A DNA stretch of 64,000 bases from positions 1 through 64,000 of IMG/VR virus record IMGVR_UViG_2863283106_000001. One strand, written 5' to 3'. Source of the stretch: a virus (lineage: Duplodnaviria; Caudoviricetes). Under the pieces are notes generated by a model, which saw only the letters and a program-made list of their open reading frames with translations, was not told the origin of the DNA and made no database searches. Shown one piece after another: positions 58,630 to 64,000 of the stretch (position 1 is the first letter of the stretch; each line of letters starts with the position of its first letter). The translations under genes and the position numbers were made by a program.

Positions 58630-58660
58630 ACCATGAACAGCGTGCGGCGTTAGTGTCGCG
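58630..58660 (-). promoter_or_regulatory. Late-promoter-like motif, leaderless, for the portal operon
   Basis: CGCGAC-ACTAAC..(19 nt)-CATGGT, 7 nt before GTG. Confidence 0.72.
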
Positions 58661-58663
58661 TGC

Positions 58664-59197
58664 TCAGCGCTTGGGGCGGGACACCCCCGACACGTACGCG
58701 CCGATGCCGCGCCGGTTGATCCTGCCGCCGGGGATGATCCTGGCGTTCGCGGGCGGGACAGGGATCTTCCGCTTCGCTCGCTTGGACTGGTCCCCGCCGA
58801 TCAGGTGCGTGTTGTCGATCTTCGCGGCGCAGTCGTCGCCTCGAACCTCGTCGTACGGGCGGCGGCAACCCTTGCAATACACCTCGAGTGCGTCGACGCG
58901 CTGCCCTTCGGTGGTCTTGAAGCTGCCCCGGAAGTCAGCGACGCGCGCGATCTTCGGAGTCACCTCGATCTCGGCGGCCACGACCCACACGTGGGAGAGG
59001 TCCGGTTTCTGCTCCGGCGCGGGCGGAGCCGGGGGTACTTCGGGGGCGGGCTCCTCGAGCGTCTTCGTTTCAGCCGCGGGCGCGGGCGGCTCCGGGGCCG
59101 GGCTGGGGGCCGGCTCGGGGGCGAGCCAGGCGAACAGGCTCTCCTGCAGATGGGAGCGGCCGGTCTCGGGCGAGAGGGGGGCTGTCGCTGTCGTCAC
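58664..59197 (-). CDS. Hypothetical protein with possible Zn site
   Basis: RBS GGAGG; HVW..YCKGCRRPY..DC..THLIGG; basic C-terminus. Confidence 0.7.
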   Translation of the reverse strand: MTTATAPLSPETGRSHLQESLFAWLAPEPAPSPAPEPPAPAAETKTLEEPAPEVPPAPPAPEQKPDLSHVWVVAAEIEVTPKIARVADFRGSFKTTEGQRVDALEVYCKGCRRPYDEVRGDDCAAKIDNTHLIGGDQSKRAKRKIPVPPANARIIPGGRINRRGIGAYVSGVSRPKR

Positions 59198-59250
59198 CGT
59201 TCCTCCGGATCACTGCGGGGTTGACATAAAGCGCAACCCCCTTCACTCCC

Positions 59251-59278
59251 GGAACGTCAACGGCCGTGTTCTGTTACA
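59251..59278 (-). promoter_or_regulatory. ECF-sigma-like promoter TGTAAC-N16-CGT
   Basis: TGTAAC agaacacggccgttga CGTTCC. Confidence 0.45.
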
Positions 59279-59290
59279 CCCCAACGGCTG

Positions 59291-59320
59291 CGCCCCCGGG
59301 CCGGGGAGGGCTCGGGGGCG
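59291..59320 (-). terminator. Hairpin after MurF-C gene
   Basis: cgcccccgggcc ... ggctcgggggcg. Confidence 0.5.
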
Positions 59321-59355
59321 GGAGATCGAACAGGTTCAGGCGTCTGGATGAACCG

Positions 59356-59712
59356 TCAACTCAAGATGCCGGTGATCTCCTTTCCTGTGAGGGCCTGCGC
59401 AATCTGCCAGCGCATGCCCCCGCGAGAACCCTTGATCAGGACGATGTCGCCGGGCTGCAGGAGCGCATCGAGTAACGCGGTGGCGGTCTCGTTGTCCCGA
59501 ACGATGGCGGCCTCTACACCGGCATCGGCCGCGCCCAGGGCAAGCTGCTTGGCCATGTCATCGCCGACCGCGATCACCATGTCGATGTTGTACTCGCCTG
59601 CCATCCGGCCCACGTCCCAGTGTGCCCTGGCGGCTTCGTTGCCCAGCTCCAGCATCTCGCCCAGGACGGCGATCCGCCGCCCTCCAGTCTGCTCGCTTGC
59701 TTCCTTAGCCAC
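59356..59712 (-). CDS. Stand-alone MurF-like C-terminal domain (or murF remnant)
   Basis: RRIAVLGEMLELG..AHWDVG..LQPGDIVLIKGSRG; in-frame stop just upstream, start overlaps previous gene. Confidence 0.78.
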   Translation of the reverse strand: MAKEASEQTGGRRIAVLGEMLELGNEAARAHWDVGRMAGEYNIDMVIAVGDDMAKQLALGAADAGVEAAIVRDNETATALLDALLQPGDIVLIKGSRGGMRWQIAQALTGKEITGILS

Positions 59713-60325
59713 CCAGGATCACCCCCCTGCCCGCATAGAAGCTCTCCAGCCGGGCCCACGAGACTGGCGCGGCCTCCTGGGACACCCCAGGCAGCCCAGA
59801 GGGGTTGTGCAGCATCACGTTCTCCTCGCTGACGCCGACGGCGAGCACCAGGTGCCCGCCCTTGCTCGGCGGCTTTTCCTCGGTCGTGCGGATCGTCTTG
59901 TGTACCGACAGCAGCGCCAGGCGGCCGCCGGTGATGATGCCGGGCAGATGCGCGGCAGACAGCTCGGGGACGGCTTCAGCTTCCAGCCCCCAGCGGGCCC
60001 GTACGTGCTCGGCGAACGGCTGGTAGATCAGGCCCTTTACCTGGTTCCCGTCCCGGACGTAGGCGCCGGCCTCGCACAGCTCCCTCGCCAGGGGAACGGA
60101 CGGCGGAACCGAATGCCCCCAGAAGTCCAGCGCCATCCGCAGGCACGCAACGCCGCACATGCGCGGCGCCCAGAACGCGTACTCCTGCGGGCTGTCAGCG
60201 CCGGACTTCTGCCACAGCGGATCATCTGCCGCGTCCCTGGTGCCAGTGATGAACTCCGGCACCAGGGACGCGGACTCCCACTGCGAGTAGTAGGGCACGG
60301 GGTGGAGGATCGTCGGGACGCTCAT
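59705..60325 (-). CDS. C39-like (papain-fold) peptidase
   Basis: VPYYSQW..RMCGVACLRMAL..GGHLVLAVG..LHNPSG. Confidence 0.82.
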   Translation of the reverse strand: MSVPTILHPVPYYSQWESASLVPEFITGTRDAADDPLWQKSGADSPQEYAFWAPRMCGVACLRMALDFWGHSVPPSVPLARELCEAGAYVRDGNQVKGLIYQPFAEHVRARWGLEAEAVPELSAAHLPGIITGGRLALLSVHKTIRTTEEKPPSKGGHLVLAVGVSEENVMLHNPSGLPGVSQEAAPVSWARLESFYAGRGVILGG

Positions 60326-60340
60326 GCGCCCCAGTCTTTC

Positions 60341-61312
60341 CTACGGCAGGTACGCGGGCTTGGTGAACGCCGTCCTGACGATGTGCTGGATCAGCGCGGG
60401 GTAGGAGATCCCCGACGCCTTCGCCATCGTGGCGAGGTTTCCTCGTGCGGACAGGCCTGGCAGCGTGTTGCACTCCAGGATGGTGACGCGGCCGTTGGCG
60501 CCCGCCATGAAGTCGACGCGCAGCACGCCGTGCGCGCCGATCATCCGCCACACCCGCCGGGCCATGTACTTCATGGAGTCCGTCATGTGCTGCGGCAATA
60601 TGGACGGGCAGTGCTCGGTGCGCAGAGTCGGGTCGTGCTTGGCCTCGTAGTCGTAGAACTCGCGGGTCGTCTCGACGTCGAGGACAGGCAGCGTCATGAC
60701 GCGGCCGTCGATCTCGATGAGGCCCACGGTGCACGGCAGGCCCTGGATGTACTCCTCGACCATGTACTCGGCGTACGGCTCCGCGTGCGCGGCTTCGATC
60801 ATGCGACTGAGCTGGGTCTCGTCGTGTGCGATGCCGGCTGCAAGGCTTCCGCCGCCGCTGGACGGCTTGACGAACACGGGGAACCCGATGGAGTGCCTGA
60901 CGACGGACAGCGTGTGCGTCACCGACACCTGCGGGTCAATCATCACCCACCGGGGGGTGTCCAGGTGTTCCTTGAGGGCCAGGTTCTTGAAGGTGGGTTT
61001 GTGCATGCCGATCGCGGAAGCGAGCACCCCGGAACCGGTGTAGGGAATCCGGGCGGTTTCGAGGGCGCCCTGAATCTTGCCGTCCTCGCCCCCAAGCCCG
61101 TGCAGGCCGAGGAGTGCCACGTCGATACGCCCCTGCAGGGCAGAGAGCGGGATGTCCGCCACGTCGATCAGGTCGGTGCTGATCCCGGCATCGGTGAGAG
61201 CCTTGGACGCGTGCTCGCCGGAGGCGATTGAACCGGGCCGTTCGGGGGAGGCGCCTCCGCAGAGGACACCAATCCGTAAGGTCTGGATGTCCGGCACCAT
61301 TGCTGCTGTCAC
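60341..61312 (-). CDS. ddl: D-Ala-D-Ala ligase family ATP-grasp enzyme
   Basis: IGVLCGGASPER, LHGLGGEDGKIQG, IPYTGSG, FPVFVKP..GGS, FYDYEAKH, LRVDF, LECNTLPG; RBS AAGGAG before GTG. Confidence 0.88.
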   Translation of the reverse strand: MTAAMVPDIQTLRIGVLCGGASPERPGSIASGEHASKALTDAGISTDLIDVADIPLSALQGRIDVALLGLHGLGGEDGKIQGALETARIPYTGSGVLASAIGMHKPTFKNLALKEHLDTPRWVMIDPQVSVTHTLSVVRHSIGFPVFVKPSSGGGSLAAGIAHDETQLSRMIEAAHAEPYAEYMVEEYIQGLPCTVGLIEIDGRVMTLPVLDVETTREFYDYEAKHDPTLRTEHCPSILPQHMTDSMKYMARRVWRMIGAHGVLRVDFMAGANGRVTILECNTLPGLSARGNLATMAKASGISYPALIQHIVRTAFTKPAYLP

Positions 61313-61547
61313 GCGATTCTCCTTCGCGTTGTGACATGGGTGGTGTCCTCGGCGCGGCGGCTGATCCTGGCAGGGGTGACCGTCGCGCCGAGCTGTATAC
61401 CGCTCCTTCGTGGGGAGCGGAGAGAAGCCCGACGCGGGGCGATGACCTTGCCGTGGGGGAACACGAGTCGGGCAGTTCGTCCCCGCGCCGGGAGTTGTGC
61501 CTGCCTGGCGGCCCGGCCGGGGGACATTCGGGCCGCCAGGCAGGGGT

Positions 61548-62249
61548 CTATGCGGCGCGCTCCAGTTCCCAGAGCAGTTGGTCCAGGCCCATGAGGCGGA
61601 AGGTGCTGAGGCGGCGCACCATCTGGGAGGCGAGGACGGTCGGCAGGAGCGGGTGGCCGTACGGGATCGGTCCCTCCGGCCGCTGTACGACCAGTACGCC
61701 GTCGGCGCTGGCGCCGTAGCCGACACCGTTCACGCCGTACAGGGGTGCGCTCTGCGCCAGGAGCACCACCGGGTCGCGGGTGAGGTGCGGGCACAGCTCG
61801 GCGGCGGGGCGTGCGTGCCGGGCGCACACCGGCGGCTGGTTCGTCAGGACCATCGAGTCGTCGGGGTCCACCGTGTCCGGGCCGGCGAGGAAGATGTACC
61901 CGAGCGGGGTCCGCGCGCGTTCGGCGCAGACCTGGCAGCGCATCGCCTGCATCGTGCCCCGCTGCCGCAGGGGGTGCATCATCCGCCACTGTGGCCTGCC
62001 CGTCGGCTGGCCGAGGTCGTCGACGGGGCCGAAGGAGCAGCGGGCCCACAGCACGCCGCGCAGGTCACGGTCCCGGGGGTCCTCGTCGGCGTAGCACAGC
62101 CGGTAGCGGCCTTTCCCGAGCGGGGCCAGTCGCAGGTTGTCGGGGGCGGCTTCCTCCCCCTCACGCTGGATGACGAACGGGATCAGGGGCGGCTCGGTGC
62201 GCACAGTCTTCTCTTCCAGGGATCGTGGCGGCGGGGGGAGAGTGGTCAC
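61548..62249 (-). CDS. Conserved Streptomyces-type hypothetical protein with Cys motifs
   Basis: DRDLRGVLWAR..GRPQW..HPLRQR..RCQVC..PPVCARHA..CPHL. Confidence 0.75.
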   Translation of the reverse strand: MTTLPPPPRSLEEKTVRTEPPLIPFVIQREGEEAAPDNLRLAPLGKGRYRLCYADEDPRDRDLRGVLWARCSFGPVDDLGQPTGRPQWRMMHPLRQRGTMQAMRCQVCAERARTPLGYIFLAGPDTVDPDDSMVLTNQPPVCARHARPAAELCPHLTRDPVVLLAQSAPLYGVNGVGYGASADGVLVVQRPEGPIPYGHPLLPTVLASQMVRRLSTFRLMGLDQLLWELERAA

Positions 62250-62653
62250 GCCGCCTCCTTGAGGCATCCAATGGCGGCCAGGCGCTCGAGGAGCTCGTTC
62301 GCGGCCCAGGCCATCCGTCGCAGGTGGCCGACGGCGCTTTGGTGGTCGGCCGGTGTGCGCTCGGCGTGCAGGGCGCGGGCGCGTTGGGCCAGTCGGCCGG
62401 CTTCGTGGTCTTCGTGGGCGGCCTCGGTGGCGATCGCTATGTCCACGAGACGTGTCAGGTGTTCGTGGAGCCGTTGGGCGAGTCCCTCCAGGCCGGCTCC
62501 GCTTGGGGCGACGTCGTCCAGCGCGGTGGCGATGTCGTCGAGTAAGGCGCCGCCGTCGAACGGGGTCCACTGGCGGACCTTCTCCAAGACGCCGGTCAGG
62601 GCCTGTGCGTCCAGGGGTGGCGTCCACCGTAAGGCGGGGACCGGGGCGGTCAT
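62246..62653 (-). CDS. DUF6415-like helical protein
   Basis: LAQRLHEHLTRLV..AVGHLRRMAWAANELLERL; four-base overlaps on both sides. Confidence 0.65.
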   Translation of the reverse strand: MTAPVPALRWTPPLDAQALTGVLEKVRQWTPFDGGALLDDIATALDDVAPSGAGLEGLAQRLHEHLTRLVDIAIATEAAHEDHEAGRLAQRARALHAERTPADHQSAVGHLRRMAWAANELLERLAAIGCLKEAA

Positions 62654-63168
62654 GATGCCGCTCCGGCCGGGATGGTGAGGCTGCACCAGGTCTCGGCGCC
62701 GTTGTCGCTGGTTCCCCAGGTGCCGCCGCTTTCCTTCACGAGGGCCTGGACGAGCTGCAGGCCGCGCCCGCTCTCGTCTTTGTGGCCCGGGGTCTTCGGG
62801 GTGGCGTTGCCCGGCATCCCGTCACGGACCGCGATACGGAGGCTCTTGTCCTCCGCGGTGATGGACAGGCTGATCTCCGTGGTGCCGCTGTGCAGCAACG
62901 CGTTGGTCAGCAGCTCAGAGACGATCAGCATCACGTCGCCCTTCAACACCTCGAGGCCGCAGTACCTGAGCCGGGCGGCGGCGATACGGCGCATGGTGCC
63001 GATCCGGGCCGCGTCCCCGGCCGGCGGGTGGGTGCCGCAGGGGCGGGGAGCGACCGCGAAGCACGCGGTCATCACGTCCCCGCTGCGGGGGAGGGCCGTG
63101 CGCGACGTCCGTACGACCGGAGTCTTCCAGGGGTTTTCCTGCTGCGCAGCAGACGCAGGTGATGCCAT
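62650..63168 (-). CDS. HATPase_c ATP-binding protein (RsbW/AbaA-like)
   Basis: LIVSELLTNALLHS, IAVRDG, DESGRGLQLV, WG..TWCSL; start could be 63072-63075. Confidence 0.88.
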   Translation of the reverse strand: MASPASAAQQENPWKTPVVRTSRTALPRSGDVMTACFAVAPRPCGTHPPAGDAARIGTMRRIAAARLRYCGLEVLKGDVMLIVSELLTNALLHSGTTEISLSITAEDKSLRIAVRDGMPGNATPKTPGHKDESGRGLQLVQALVKESGGTWGTSDNGAETWCSLTIPAGAAS

Positions 63169-63312
63169 GCCGGGGCCTCCAGACGCCCAATGCGTGACGG
63201 TGCGGCAGGGCGAAGCGGAATCGCACGGGGGTGCGACTTTCCCAGCTTGCCTGTCACGGTTTGCGTTGGCTCAACTACCGTGGCGGTAGGACGCATTGGT
63301 AAGCAACTGGAT

Positions 63313-63334
63313 CGCCACTGAAAATTCAGTGGCG
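63313..63334. promoter_or_regulatory. Operator-like inverted repeat between divergent HATPase and XRE genes
   Basis: cgccactgaa-aa-ttcagtggcg, perfect 10-bp arms. Confidence 0.65.
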
Positions 63335-63449
63335 TCGCAAATGGACTATGCCAGAACCTGCACAGGGGGCTGCGGTGGGCGCACAGCGGGTGTCACACTC
63401 TGCGCAGGGTCGTACTCAACCAGCGCAGACGCATGGGGGTGGTGCACAG

Positions 63450-64000
63450 GTGGCGGCGAAGCGAGGGGCGACCGGGCGGCGTTTGGATCTTGGGATCCAG
63501 CTACGGCAGTTGCGCGAGAACTGCCCGCCCGTCGAGGACGGCAGAGCGCGCGGCATGACCCGGAAAGCCGCCGTGCGCGGGCTCAGGCAACTGTCGGAGG
63601 CGTCCCTCGCGCGGATCGAGCACGGCGAGCTCAATTTCCGGCGCAACGTCGGGGACCTGCGCACGCTGTTGAAGCGATACGCCGTCGAGGATGACGAGCT
63701 GATCGAGTACCTGGTCGAGCTGAACCGCGAGGCCGCGAACGACGACTGGCTGACCACGTTCCGCGCCTTCATGCCGACGGGGATGCCGCACTACGTCGGT
63801 CTGGAAGCGGAGGCTACCGAGATCCTGGCCTACCACCCGACCGTCGTGTGCGGCCTCCTGCAGACGGAGGACTACGCGCGGGCCCTGTTCGAGGTCCAGC
63901 GGCCCGTCGAGGACACCACCAGCGAGTTCATACAGCGCAACGTGGACCTACGGATGGAGCGAAAGCGCAGGGTCCTCGAGCGCGGCGACGTCCGTCTCCG
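63450..64000 (+). CDS. XRE-family HTH regulator with DUF5753-like domain (WhiJ-like), runs off window
   Basis: VAAKRGATGRRLDLGIQLRQLRE..LSEASLARIEHG..LLKRY..YVGLEAEATEILAYHPTVVCGLLQTEDYARALF; absent from ORF track because truncated. Confidence 0.9.
   Translation, partial: MAAKRGATGRRLDLGIQLRQLRENCPPVEDGRARGMTRKAAVRGLRQLSEASLARIEHGELNFRRNVGDLRTLLKRYAVEDDELIEYLVELNREAANDDWLTTFRAFMPTGMPHYVGLEAEATEILAYHPTVVCGLLQTEDYARALFEVQRPVEDTTSEFIQRNVDLRMERKRRVLERGDVRL

Larger units (their letters stand above)
417..59197. mobile_element. Siphovirus-type prophage or phage-plasmid (partial; boundaries not visible)
   Basis: Portal, prohead protease, HK97-type capsid, neck, major tail, chaperone frameshift, tape measure, tail tip, holin, endolysin and replication genes; no att site or integrase seen. 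Confidence 0.93.

Noticed and set aside
61313-61726. N-terminal extension of the Ddl ORF
   Set aside because: Low-complexity, overlaps the upstream gene; a good RBS precedes GTG at 61312
1-64000. tRNA/rRNA genes, integrase, transposase, large terminase, att sites
   Set aside because: No recognisable motifs found by eye; they may lie outside the window

Overview
High-GC, Streptomyces-like window made almost entirely of a temperate siphovirus or phage-plasmid. A minus-strand late region (about 12.3-59.2 kb) carries a portal-MuF fusion, a thermonuclease, a 5,722-aa protein with a UvrD-type helicase, a prohead protease with an inserted Nudix domain, an HK97-type capsid, neck and tail genes (with a GGGAAAG chaperone frameshift), tape measure, tail tip, fibre and holin. 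A plus-strand early block (3.8-10.4 kb) encodes a replication initiator, DnaC-like loader, DUF2637-like protein and an AAA ATPase. At the left end are ParB-like, TerS-like, endolysin and ssb genes; at the right end is an XRE/HATPase island carrying a Ddl-like ligase, a C39-like peptidase and a stand-alone MurF C-terminal domain. Main signals read from the sequence: (1) an E-x-K-[S/A/T/D] peptide motif at domain borders of the head proteins, suggesting the protease releases Nudix, MuF and the giant helicase protein as capsid cargo; (2) about 17 copies of a bipartite promoter-like motif before late genes; (3) a non-coding array of about 16 GGCGCGCC copies; (4) two inverted 35-bp sites with an 18-bp palindrome. 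No large terminase, integrase, tRNA, rRNA or CRISPR was recognised. All family calls come from reading motifs by eye, not from database searches.
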